Origin: an uncultured candidatus Brocadiaceae bacterium
GTDB lineage: Bacteria > Planctomycetota > UBA1135 > UBA2386
Assembly (NCBI GenBank): GCA_964483245.1
Contig: CAZABP010000016.1
Span: forward strand, 5,344 to 69,343
Reading direction: 5' to 3'
Length of the DNA stretch: 64,000 nucleotides
Position 1 is the stretch's first letter. Each line of letters starts with the position of its first letter. The position numbers and the translations under genes are program-made. The notes beneath the pieces were generated by a model, which was given only the letters and a program-made list of their open reading frames with translations, was not told the DNA's origin and made no database searches. Shown piece after piece: positions 1 through 9,244 of this stretch.

Positions 1-1505
1 TCCTCCGCGCACAGCGGCCGCCCGACCACGGCGAGGAACGTCCGCATGCACGCATCCCACCGCGTGCTGCCCTGCCATTGCACGTTGGCGACCGGCTGCG
101 CCAGTGCGGCAGCGACCGCAGGATTCGGCGCCGGGGCACCGAGCTGCGCGAGGATCCCGCGCGCCGCATGTTCCGAGGTCGCGAGCACGAGGTGCCGCGA
201 CGTGACCGTGAACCAGATCGGCAGCGAGGTGACCAGATCCGGGATCAACAACTGGTGCAACTCGAGTTCGCCGAGCCGCTGCGTCGCGACCGGCAGCGTC
301 CGGTCGGCGACGAGCCGCTGCAGGGCGTTGCGCAGCTTCCAGGAATCGTGCACGTCGAGCAGCAGCGCCGCCTGTGTCGGTTGGCTTTCGCGCGGCGGGA
401 ATTCCACGAACACGAACTGATCGCCGAGCGTGCCGAGCAGATCCTCCCGCGCGCTGACGCCGCGCGAGGAGCGCAGACCGTCGAACCACGCCGAGGTGGC
501 TTCGGCATGCTGCGGCGCATAGATCCGCAGCAGACCGATCCCATGCTCGAACAACAGCGATGGGGTCGCGCGACCGACCATCCATCCGATCGCAGCCTGC
601 GGCACGAAGGCCGCGACGCCCGGCACGACCGCCGCCCGCGGCTCACTGATCCCGCGCAGCAGGTCGCCGCGCGTTCCTGGCAGCCCCCAGACCCACAACT
701 GCTCGAGCCGCTCGCCGTGCTCGGTCATCGCGAAGCCGAGCGAGCTGCTGCGATGCAGCATCTGGCTCTCGTACAACGCCTGCAGGCGCGCGTGGTGCGT
801 CGCCGGATGCAGGGTGCTCAGCGCGCGCAACAGTGCGCGCCCGTGCAACCAGCCGCCGAACACCGGCCGCGCCTGCGTGCCGACGCGCTGCGCGAACGCC
901 GTCCAGGCCGGTGTCGCCGCGAGGGATTCCTGCGGCTTGCGCGCCAGCGCGGCCTCGATCGCCTCCGGCCGCGACGCGGCGAGCAGCCGCCGCCCGCGCA
1001 CCGCGAACGAGAACGTCCCGGCGTTGCCGAGCAGGACGGCGTGCACCTCGGTCCCCTGCGCCAACACCGTGCGCACGGCGTGCCCGGCCTCCTGCAACCG
1101 CCGTGGCAACGCGGTCCACGTCACCGAGCCCTTCTGCTCCGGCAGCTCGGCGACGAGCAGCCACTCCTCCGTGGCATCCGGCCGGTCCGCCAGCCATGCC
1201 AACGTGATCCCGCGCTCGGCCAGGTCGGCCACCGTCTCCGCCGGCAGCTGCAGCATCTGCTCCAGGTGCGCAGTCAGCTTCGGCAGCGGGTTCGCGCCAT
1301 GCCGCGCGAGCGCAGCGAACGTCTCGGTGACCCCGGCCAGCGTCTGCGGCGCCGCCGCGCCGGTGCGCAGCCAGACGACCCCGTGCGTCTGCGCAGGAAC
1401 CAGCTCCAGGCCCGGCGCCATCGGCTCGTTCGGTGCCGGTGCGGCCGGGCCTTGCGGGACGCCGGCACAGGCGAGGACGGTGGCAATCGTCAGCAGTGCG
1501 GACAT
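1..1505 (-). CDS. hypothetical secreted lipoprotein; 3' end runs off the left edge
   Basis: Absent from the ORF track because no stop lies in the window. The reverse-complement frame from ATG 1505-1503 appeared open to position 1 when read by eye, with G/C-rich third positions. N-terminus MSALLTIATVLAC is a signal peptide with a lipobox-like VLAC. Overlapping + strand ORFs 78..1763 and 814..2232 are Arg-rich shadows. Confidence 0.6.
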   Translation of the reverse strand, partial: MSALLTIATVLACAGVPQGPAAPAPNEPMAPGLELVPAQTHGVVWLRTGAAAPQTLAGVTETFAALARHGANPLPKLTAHLEQMLQLPAETVADLAERGITLAWLADRPDATEEWLLVAELPEQKGSVTWTALPRRLQEAGHAVRTVLAQGTEVHAVLLGNAGTFSFAVRGRRLLAASRPEAIEAALARKPQESLAATPAWTAFAQRVGTQARPVFGGWLHGRALLRALSTLHPATHHARLQALYESQMLHRSSSLGFAMTEHGERLEQLWVWGLPGTRGDLLRGISEPRAAVVPGVAAFVPQAAIGWMVGRATPSLLFEHGIGLLRIYAPQHAEATSAWFDGLRSSRGVSAREDLLGTLGDQFVFVEFPPRESQPTQAALLLDVHDSWKLRNALQRLVADRTLPVATQRLGELELHQLLIPDLVTSLPIWFTVTSRHLVLATSEHAARGILAQLGAPAPNPAVAAALAQPVANVQWQGSTRWDACMRTFLAVVGRPLCAE

Positions 1506-1621
1506 CGGTCCGTGTATCGGGCGAGGAGGCGCGCGGAATTCAGCGTTGCAGGCACTGCCCGTGCACTGCGCCACGCCGGTCAAGTCGCCGTCCGCGGGGC
1601 GTCGATGGACGAAGCGAACCG

Positions 1622-3145
1622 ATGGCCCACGAACCGACCACGGCAGCGCCCGAGCCGGTGCTCGGAGCGGTGCACGCCGCGGCACCACGCGTGCGCGTGC
1701 AGGGGCTGTTCGTCGCACTGGCGCTCGCCGCGTTCATGCCGGCGGTCTGGTGCACCTGGTTGATGACCGATTCATGGCGCGCCGGCATCGGCTCCGGCCT
1801 GACGACGAGCCTGTTGACGTTCCTGGTCGCGAACTGGGTCTGGGCGCTGCTGCGCCGCGGCTATCTGGTCCCGATGCAGGAGGCGATCGCGCTGCTGCGC
1901 GAGCTGCGCCAGACGCAGCGCGTGCGCCGGCTCGTCGAGCGCGGTTCGCCGCTCGGCCGGGCGTTGCTGCGCACGGTCAACGACGCCGCGTTCGCGCTGC
2001 AGGAGCGCCATCGGCTGAGTCAGGCGAATCTGCTCGCGATGGAGGTCGCGTTCGACCGGATCCACTCGGTGTTGCATTCGCTCGGCGAGGGGGTCGTCGT
2101 CATCGACGTCGAAGGGGAGCTCGTGCTCGCCAACCGCTCCGCGCGCAAGCTGCTGAAGGACGACGGCCGTCCGCTCGAGGGACGCCCGCTGCGTTCGCTG
2201 CTCGAGCCGGCGCTGGCGGAGCCGATCGCTGAAGGGCTCGCGTATCTCTCGCGCGAGCGGACGCGTGACCGCGTGCGGCTGGTCAGCGTCCCCTACGAGC
2301 AGGCCTACTACGACCTGTCGGTCGTGCGTGTTGCGTCGGAGCGCCGCCAGGAGGAGTTCGGCTGGGTCATCGCGATCGCCGACGTGACGCAGAACCATGC
2401 GATCACGCGGATGAAGGACGAGTTCCTCTCCAGCATCTCGCACGAGATGCGCACGCCGCTGACCAGCATCTGTGCGTTCGCCGAGATCCTGGCGCAGTGC
2501 GAGCCGGATGCCGCGACGGAGTGGTCGGAGTTCGTCGGGATCATCAGCGCCGAGAGCAAGCGGCTGGCGCGGCTCGTCGACGACGTGCTCGAAGTCGCCG
2601 AGATCGAAGGTGGGCGGATCCACTGGAAGTTCGAGGTGTTCGACCTCGCCGAGCTGGTGCAGGCGACGCGTGCGCTGTTCCACAAGATCGCCGATGCGCG
2701 TGGGATCCGGATCGAGCTGGCCGGCTCGCCGCGCAATCTGCTGGTCGCGGCGGACCACCAGCGCGTGCGGGAGATGCTGACGCGGCTGCTCGACAACGCG
2801 CTCAAGTTCAACCCGCCCGGCAGCACCATCGCGCTCGCGCTCCGGCCGCTGTCGGACCGGATCGAAGTCGGGATCGCCGACTCGGGACCGGGGATCCCGA
2901 CCGAGCAGCGCGAGCAGGTGTTCGAGCGGTTCCGCCAGCTGGGGGACGCGATGACCGGCAAGCCTGCCGGCAGCGGCCTCGGCCTGTCGATCTGCCGCCA
3001 GCTCGTCGAGCAGATGGGCGGGCGGATCTGGTGCCAGGGCTCACCGCTCGGTGGCGTCGAGTTCTGCTTCACGCTGCCGACGCCGGAGGGGGCCGAGGCA
3101 CGCCGGCGCATGGAGTCGAGCTACCGGCTGCTGCGCGTGCAGTGA
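1622..3145 (+). CDS. membrane sensor histidine kinase (TM region, PAS-like, HisKA, HATPase_c)
   Basis: H-box FLSSISHEMRTPLTS and an ATPase region with DSGPGIP and GSGLGLSI. Start moved to ATG 1622 (MAHEPTT), upstream of two hydrophobic segments. No adjacent response regulator. Confidence 0.85.
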   Translation: MAHEPTTAAPEPVLGAVHAAAPRVRVQGLFVALALAAFMPAVWCTWLMTDSWRAGIGSGLTTSLLTFLVANWVWALLRRGYLVPMQEAIALLRELRQTQRVRRLVERGSPLGRALLRTVNDAAFALQERHRLSQANLLAMEVAFDRIHSVLHSLGEGVVVIDVEGELVLANRSARKLLKDDGRPLEGRPLRSLLEPALAEPIAEGLAYLSRERTRDRVRLVSVPYEQAYYDLSVVRVASERRQEEFGWVIAIADVTQNHAITRMKDEFLSSISHEMRTPLTSICAFAEILAQCEPDAATEWSEFVGIISAESKRLARLVDDVLEVAEIEGGRIHWKFEVFDLAELVQATRALFHKIADARGIRIELAGSPRNLLVAADHQRVREMLTRLLDNALKFNPPGSTIALALRPLSDRIEVGIADSGPGIPTEQREQVFERFRQLGDAMTGKPAGSGLGLSICRQLVEQMGGRIWCQGSPLGGVEFCFTLPTPEGAEARRRMESSYRLLRVQ

Positions 3146-3220
3146 TGGCCCCGTCGCAGCAGCAGCCGGTGCCGGAATCGCGGCAGGACTTCGCGCAGCA
3201 CCCGGGCTAGAAGCTCGCGC

Positions 3221-5053
3221 ATGTCCGTCCGCAGCGAGCTGCTGGCCGCGCCGATCCTGGCGGTGCTCGCGTTGTGGTGCTTCGGGTCCGGCATGCAGGG
3301 GTTCTTCGTCTCCGACGACTACCTGATGCTGAACTTCGCGCAGGCGCTGCGGCAGGTCCCGCCGCTCGAAGCGCTCGGCGAGCTGCTCGCGTCGGACCAC
3401 TACCGCTCGCTCGACATCAAGGTCTACCGCCCGCTCTGGGTGTTGTCGTTCGTGGTCCAGAGCGCGGTCTCCGGCCCGAACTACGCCAGCTACATCGCGG
3501 CCGACATCCTGCTGCACGTCATGAACGGGCTGCTGCTGGTCAGCGTGCTGCAGGTCGTGACCGGGCGTCGGTTCACCGCCGTGCTCGGAGGGGCATTGTT
3601 CGTCGTCGGGGGGATCCAGGCCGACGCCGTGCTGTGGCTGGTCAGCCGCTACGCGCTGATGGCGGCGTTCTTCGTGCTGCTGGCGTTCCGGCTCGCGCTG
3701 GCCGGGCGGCGCGTCGCAGCGTTCGTCGCGACCGTGTTGGCGTTGCTGAGCGGCGAACAGGGCGTCGTCGCCGTGCCGCTGGTGGCGCTTGCGGCCGCGT
3801 GGCGCGCCGGTCCCGGCGCCGACTGGCGCACGTGGCTGCGTGCCGGCCTGCGCGCGCTCTGGCCGCTGCTGGTGTTGTTCGCGGTCTATCTGCTGTGGCG
3901 CAAGCAGGTGCTCGGCGTGTTCCTCGGCGGCTACCGCGGCGGAGAGCGGGCGTCGATCTTCTCGGCATGGTGGGTCGAGAGCCGGCTCACGCTGCTCGAC
4001 GCGATGGTCGCGCCGGCGCACCCGCTCTACATCGCCGCGGGCACGCGTACGGCGCTGCGGCTGCTCGCGGGGCTGCTGCTGGCCGCCGTGCTGGTCACCG
4101 CCTGGCGGCGCACCACGCGGCGCGGGCGCGACGGCGATGCGCTGCTGTGGATCTGGCTGCTGTTGGTGTTCGTACCGATCTTCAAGGTCGGCATCGATCC
4201 GGCGACGCTGCGGGATTCGCGGCTGCTGTACCAACCGGTCATGGTCTGGTCGGCGCTGGTGGCGCTCGGGAGCGAACGGATCTGCACCTGGCTCGGCACG
4301 CCGGCGCGCGCGCACGTCGCGCGCAGCGTCCTCGGCGTCGGGCTCGTCGCCGTGCAGGTGGCGCTGCTGCTGGCGAACCGCCAGCCCTGGATCGAAGCGC
4401 CGCGGATCAGCGCGCGGATCCACCGCGAGCTGGAACCGCGGTTGCGCGCCGAGACGGAACGTCCGCTCGCGATCACCGACATCCCTGGCATCCACGACGG
4501 TGCGTATCTCGGTCTCGCCGGCAACGAGATGATGTTCACGCCGTGGTTCCTTGGGTTCACGCCGACCCGGCCGCTGCGCGCCTACGTCGACAACGAGCTG
4601 GACCGCGAAGCGAAGCTGGAGACCCGCCGGCTGGTCGAGGACCTCGACGAGTACCGCAGCGCCACGCCGCCGCTGCCGCCGATCGAGCTGGTCAGCGTCG
4701 CGCCGGACGGTGCCGTGCAGGAGATCCCGGTGCGGCCCCCGACGCCGGTCGATGCCGGCGGCGGCATCGAACTGCGCGCCGGACACGCTTCACCGCGCCG
4801 GCTCGAGGTCGGCGGTCGGCTCAACGTCGCGCTGCGGCTGCGCAACCGGAGCGGACAGGAGCAGCAGCGCGTGCTCGAGTTCCGCCGCGACGGCCGCGTC
4901 TACGGCATGCTGCCGATCACGATTCCGGCCGGCGATCCGGTCTCGGTCGGGCGCTCGTTCGCCGCGACTCCGCCGCTCGTGCCGGGGCGCTACGAAGTCG
5001 TGTTCGGCGGTGCGGCGATCGCCGAGGTGGAGCTCGTCCCGTCGCGGCGCTGA
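3221..5053 (+). CDS. polytopic membrane protein, GT-C-like (PMT/ArnT/TMTC-type) putative glycosyltransferase with a soluble C-terminal domain
   Basis: About 11 hydrophobic helices. An FFVSDDY acidic motif in the first loop resembles the DD/DE motif of GT-C enzymes. High GC3 in this frame. Confidence 0.65.
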   Translation: MSVRSELLAAPILAVLALWCFGSGMQGFFVSDDYLMLNFAQALRQVPPLEALGELLASDHYRSLDIKVYRPLWVLSFVVQSAVSGPNYASYIAADILLHVMNGLLLVSVLQVVTGRRFTAVLGGALFVVGGIQADAVLWLVSRYALMAAFFVLLAFRLALAGRRVAAFVATVLALLSGEQGVVAVPLVALAAAWRAGPGADWRTWLRAGLRALWPLLVLFAVYLLWRKQVLGVFLGGYRGGERASIFSAWWVESRLTLLDAMVAPAHPLYIAAGTRTALRLLAGLLLAAVLVTAWRRTTRRGRDGDALLWIWLLLVFVPIFKVGIDPATLRDSRLLYQPVMVWSALVALGSERICTWLGTPARAHVARSVLGVGLVAVQVALLLANRQPWIEAPRISARIHRELEPRLRAETERPLAITDIPGIHDGAYLGLAGNEMMFTPWFLGFTPTRPLRAYVDNELDREAKLETRRLVEDLDEYRSATPPLPPIELVSVAPDGAVQEIPVRPPTPVDAGGGIELRAGHASPRRLEVGGRLNVALRLRNRSGQEQQRVLEFRRDGRVYGMLPITIPAGDPVSVGRSFAATPPLVPGRYEVVFGGAAIAEVELVPSRR

Positions 5054-6060
5054 CGCCGCCGGCCGATCCAGCCGCGCCGGCGGAACCACAGCAGCATGCC
5101 GACCGAGATCGACACCATGACCAGCCAGACCGCTGGATAGGCCCATGGGTGCGCCAGCTCCGGCATGTGTTCGAAGTTCATCCCGTAGATCCCGACCACG
5201 AACGTCAGCGGAATGAAGATCGACGCCATCACGGTCAGCGTCTTCATGACCTCGTTCAGCCGGTTGCTGACGCCGGTCTGGTAGAGCTCGAACAGCGAAA
5301 CGACGAACTCGCGCAGGCCTTCGGTCATGTCGAGTGCCTGCATCACGTGATCCACGACGTCGCGCAGGTAGACCCGCACCGACGGCCCAAACATCGCCGA
5401 CTCCTCGCGCACGCTGCTGCTGAGCGCGTCGCGCGTCTGCCACAGGTGGCGGTGCAGCGTCAGCAGGTTGCGACGCAGCGTGTGGATCTCGAGCGGCGGG
5501 GCGCCGGCCGGGTCCGCGATGACGGTCGCCTCGAGCGCGTCGATGCGCGCGCCGAGCTGTTCGACCAGTGGGAAGTAGCTGTCGACCAGCGCGTCGACCA
5601 GCGTGTACGCGAGGTAGTCGGCGCCGCTGCGCCGGATCGGCGCGAGGCCGGCGCGCAGCCGCACGCGCACCGGCTCGAACGGATCGCCTGGGCGCTCCTG
5701 GAACGTCAGCACCCATCCCGGTCCGAGCACGATCGAGACCTGCTCGATCCAGATCTCGCCGGTGTCCTGCGGGTGCGGCTGCCCGAGCACGATCAGGTAG
5801 CGGTCGTCGAACGCCTCGATCTTCGGACGCTGGCCGGTGTTGACGATGTCGGCGAGCAGCAGCGGATGCAGGCCGAACATCTCCCCGATCCGGCGCAGCT
5901 TCGCCTCGTCGCCGAAGCCGGTGACGTCGATCCACGCGATCCCGGGGACCGGCGGCACGGCCAGCCGGTCGATCGCGTCGATGCGCTCCTCGACCAGCCG
6001 CGTCTGGTCGTAGGCGATCCGGTGGACGACCGGCGCAAGCGCATCGGCCGGGATCGCCAT
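4990..6060 (-). CDS. corA: magnesium/cobalt transporter CorA
   Basis: YGMNF (GMN) signature followed by two C-terminal TM helices. Start set to ATG 6060 (MAIPADAL). The 3' end overlaps the convergent gene by 64 bp. Confidence 0.85.
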   Translation of the reverse strand: MAIPADALAPVVHRIAYDQTRLVEERIDAIDRLAVPPVPGIAWIDVTGFGDEAKLRRIGEMFGLHPLLLADIVNTGQRPKIEAFDDRYLIVLGQPHPQDTGEIWIEQVSIVLGPGWVLTFQERPGDPFEPVRVRLRAGLAPIRRSGADYLAYTLVDALVDSYFPLVEQLGARIDALEATVIADPAGAPPLEIHTLRRNLLTLHRHLWQTRDALSSSVREESAMFGPSVRVYLRDVVDHVMQALDMTEGLREFVVSLFELYQTGVSNRLNEVMKTLTVMASIFIPLTFVVGIYGMNFEHMPELAHPWAYPAVWLVMVSISVGMLLWFRRRGWIGRRRQRRDGTSSTSAIAAPPNTTS

Positions 6061-6204
6061 CGCGCCCGGCCGTGAGCCGGGAGGCGGGGCACGCCGGCGA
6101 CCGGACCGGCGGCCGCGGCGGCTGGGTCGGTCGTCCGGCGCGCGCATCGCGGGGCGGCAGCGTAGCTGCGGTCCGCGCGCGTTGCGAAGTTCGTCGCGTC
6201 GCCG

Positions 6205-8625
6205 CTACCGGCGCAGGCCGCTCGACAGACGGAGACCGGACAGCGTTTCGCCGTCCCGCGCGATGACCGCGGATGCCGTGTTCGGCGCGAACTCGTGGTG
6301 GAGCACCGCCGGCACCAGGTCCAGGCCGGGGGGCACGTGCTCGAGTCGGAAGCGACCCTGCGCATCCGTCTCCGTCGTGTGGTGGTAGCCGATCCGCTGG
6401 CGGCCCTGCGTGTTCCGCAGCTCCTGATCCACCTCGGCGACCTTGATCCGTCCACGTTCGCCGCGGCCGACGAGCATCACGAGGGCGCCGGCGAGGGGCG
6501 CGCCGTCGGCCGCGACGACGACGCCCTCGAGCGTGCCACCCGCGCGCAGTTCGAGCCGCACGTCGCTGCGCACTTCGCGCGGGCCGAGCCGGATCGGACC
6601 GGACCACGTGAACGCCCGATCCCGTTCGTGCGCGGAGACCATGTAGCGCCCCGGCGCGAGCCCGTCGAAGTGGAACATCCGGTCCGGCTCCGGTTCGTCC
6701 ATGCCGGCCGCGAGCTGGCCGCGGAAACCGAGCGCGCGCTCCGCCACCTGGTCGAAGTCGAGCTCCTGCTGGTCGTCCGGCAGCTTCGTCAACCAGACGT
6801 CGAACGGGCCGCAGACGAGATCCTCGCCGGTGACCGTGTCGTGCAGCACACCGTGGATCTCCCCGTCGTGCGCGCCGACGTCCCGCGGGTCCTGCGAGGA
6901 CTTGAGCTCGATCTGCAGTCCTTCGGTGCCGGCCGCGACGCCAGGCAACGTGAACCGCGACCAACGCCCGCCGCCACCACTCAGCGTCCAGTCGCCCGAT
7001 CCGAGTCCGCGCAGCACGAAGCCACCTTCGGCGTCGAACGTCGCCCAGATCCGCGCGCGCCCTTCGGCCGGCGTCGCCTGCAACTGGAAATGCGTCTTGC
7101 TGCCGGGCGTCCAGCCGAGCACGCGGCCGGTGATCGTGCGTCCGGCCGCGAGCTCGATCCGCCGCTGATGCGGCCCGCGGTCGTTCAGCTCGAGCCGGAG
7201 ATCGACGATCGGATGCCCCTGCCGCGTCGCGTCGACGCGCAGCAGCTTCGGGCCGATCGTTGCGACGGTGAGCTTCGCGCTGCCGGCTGCGTCCGTGACG
7301 CCGGCGGCGTCTGGCGACTGGTACTCCGGATCGCCGCTGCGCGCCGCGGGGCCATAGAGCCGCACGAACGCCTTCGGCACGGCACGCCCCTGCGCGTCGA
7401 CGACTTCGACCAGCAGCGGATACGGCGTCACCGCCGTGTTCAGCGAGCGGGCGAGGCGCGCGACGACCGGATCGGGTGCGCGCTGGCGGGTGATCCGGAC
7501 GATGCCGGAGTTCCACGTGATGTAGTCCTGACGGCGCACGACGAACGTGTAGCCCTGGGTCGGTCCGTCGACAGGCAGCGCGCAGGTGAACCGACCGCCG
7601 GGATCCGAGGTCGTCTCGACGGCGAACCGCGCGGCCTTCGACCCGCCCTGCCGCTCGACCGAGGTCACGACGATCTCGGCGCCGGAGAGCGGGCGGCCGT
7701 CCTCATCGGTGACCAGGCCGGTGACCTCCACCGGTGTGGGTGCGGCTGCCTCGGGCGGAGCTTCGACTGGTGCCGGCGCTGGCGTGACCGGCTGCCGGCC
7801 GCTGGTCGGCGTCGGATCCTGCGGCGTCGGGTCCTGCGCGACTGGCATCGCATCGCTGCGCGCGATCGAGCGTGCGGCCACCGCCGGCGCCTCCGCAGTC
7901 GAGCCGTCGAGCACCAGCCACGTGATCGAGCTCGTCAGCGCAAGCAGGATCGCGGCGGCGGCGAGTTTCGCCGACAGCGCGCTGGTCGTGGCGGCGGACG
8001 TCAGCCCGAGCAGGTGCGTTTCGAGCTGGGCCGGGATCGGTGCCGGTGGGATCGCAGCGATTGCGTCGGTCAGCGAGGCAGCGACCGCGGCGAAGCCGAG
8101 CCGCGCGAGCGTGCTGCGCAGCCGCGCGAGTCCACGCTCCACGCGCCCGTGCGCGGTCGCCTCGGCGCAGCCGACCAGATCGCCGACCGCGGCGAACGTG
8201 AGACCCTGCTGGTAGCGCAGGATGACCGGGACGCGCAGCTCTTCCGGCAGGGCGTCCAGCTCACGCTGCAGAACACGCTGCAGCTCGTGCTGCTCGTGTG
8301 CGGATTCGTCACGGCTGATCGGTTCGTCTCGTTCCATCGCTCCTGGCTCCTCGTGCGCGCGGCGCCGGCGGGCGCTGCGCTGGTGGTTGAGCGCGAGACG
8401 GATCGCGAGCCAGCACAGCAGCTCGCGGGTCGCAGGCCCGCTGGCGGCATCCGGCCGTTCGCGTTTGCGCAAGATCTCCAGGAACACCTGCTGCGCCACG
8501 TCCTCCGCATCCGCCGGCTGGCGGACGATGCGAAGGGCCGCCCGGTAGACCGCCGCATGGTGGTCACGGACCAGGGCCGGGTAGCTCGGGTGTTGGGTCT
8601 GGGTCATCCGCAGTTCACGCTCCAC
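6205..8625 (-). CDS. ECF sigma factor fused to a TM helix and a large periplasmic region of CarboxypepD_reg-like repeats
   Basis: The N-terminal 170 aa carry sigma-70 region 2 (DAEDVAQQVFLEI) and region 4 (LTFAAVGDLVGCAEATAHGRVERGL). A hydrophobic helix AAAILLALTSSITWLVL follows, then about 560 aa of beta-sandwich-like repeats. The listed start at 8625 is GTG; ATG 8607 (MTQTQ) is an alternative. Confidence 0.75.
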   Translation of the reverse strand: MERELRMTQTQHPSYPALVRDHHAAVYRAALRIVRQPADAEDVAQQVFLEILRKRERPDAASGPATRELLCWLAIRLALNHQRSARRRRAHEEPGAMERDEPISRDESAHEQHELQRVLQRELDALPEELRVPVILRYQQGLTFAAVGDLVGCAEATAHGRVERGLARLRSTLARLGFAAVAASLTDAIAAIPPAPIPAQLETHLLGLTSAATTSALSAKLAAAAILLALTSSITWLVLDGSTAEAPAVAARSIARSDAMPVAQDPTPQDPTPTSGRQPVTPAPAPVEAPPEAAAPTPVEVTGLVTDEDGRPLSGAEIVVTSVERQGGSKAARFAVETTSDPGGRFTCALPVDGPTQGYTFVVRRQDYITWNSGIVRITRQRAPDPVVARLARSLNTAVTPYPLLVEVVDAQGRAVPKAFVRLYGPAARSGDPEYQSPDAAGVTDAAGSAKLTVATIGPKLLRVDATRQGHPIVDLRLELNDRGPHQRRIELAAGRTITGRVLGWTPGSKTHFQLQATPAEGRARIWATFDAEGGFVLRGLGSGDWTLSGGGGRWSRFTLPGVAAGTEGLQIELKSSQDPRDVGAHDGEIHGVLHDTVTGEDLVCGPFDVWLTKLPDDQQELDFDQVAERALGFRGQLAAGMDEPEPDRMFHFDGLAPGRYMVSAHERDRAFTWSGPIRLGPREVRSDVRLELRAGGTLEGVVVAADGAPLAGALVMLVGRGERGRIKVAEVDQELRNTQGRQRIGYHHTTETDAQGRFRLEHVPPGLDLVPAVLHHEFAPNTASAVIARDGETLSGLRLSSGLRR

Positions 8626-8698
8626 AGAGAAGCAACCGGAGCGCGCCGGATCTTCGGGAGCCGGGTGATTCTCCAGAGGAGCGGCCCGGAGCGGCAGG

Positions 8699-9244
8699 TC
8701 AGGTCCCGCTGATCACGCAACCGACCGGTTCCGTGACCGGCACCGAGACCGGCCGGCCGGCCAGCAGCTCGTCGAGCGCGGCACGCAGATCGCGCGTCCG
8801 GACCACGCGCCGCCGGCGCCCGAGATCCTCCCACGCGTCGTCGATGCGGCCGCGGTAGACGGCCCCGTCGTGCGTCACGACGAACGCCTCCGGCGTCGTC
8901 CGGGCACCGAGGGCACGCACCAGCCGATGGTCGGGGTCGAGCAGGATCGTGCCGGGCAGCTCGTAGGCCGTGGCGTGCTCGCGCGCGCGCGCCGGCGCCA
9001 GCGCCCGGTCGGCGTGCACGACGTAGAGCCGGATGCCGCGTGGTTCGTACTCGGCGGCGAGTGCGCGCAGCTCCGGGGCGTACGAGTTCGCGATCGGACA
9101 GTCGGTCGACACGAACAGGATCAGGTGGGCGCGCGCCGTCGCGACCTGCAGCGGCGCATGCCCGCGGCCGTCGGTATCCGTGACGTGCACCGCCTCGCTG
9201 CACGCAGCGAGCAGCGACAGCGCAGCGAGCCACGGCCTTCGCAT
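8699..9244 (-). CDS. thioredoxin-fold (AhpC/TSA-redoxin-like) lipoprotein
   Basis: Signal peptide with lipobox LLAAC. Redoxin-like LILFVSTDCPIANSY with a single Cys. Its ATG overlaps the stop of the upstream gene (TGATG). Confidence 0.7.
   Translation of the reverse strand: MRRPWLAALSLLAACSEAVHVTDTDGRGHAPLQVATARAHLILFVSTDCPIANSYAPELRALAAEYEPRGIRLYVVHADRALAPARAREHATAYELPGTILLDPDHRLVRALGARTTPEAFVVTHDGAVYRGRIDDAWEDLGRRRRVVRTRDLRAALDELLAGRPVSVPVTEPVGCVISGT

Noticed and set aside
3041-7516. Long ORFs 3041..4786(-), 3274..6075(+) and 4790..7516(-)
   Set aside because: All are Arg/Ala/Pro-rich, lack domains, and overlap the GT-C-like, corA and sigma-fusion genes, which have clear motifs and GC3 bias.
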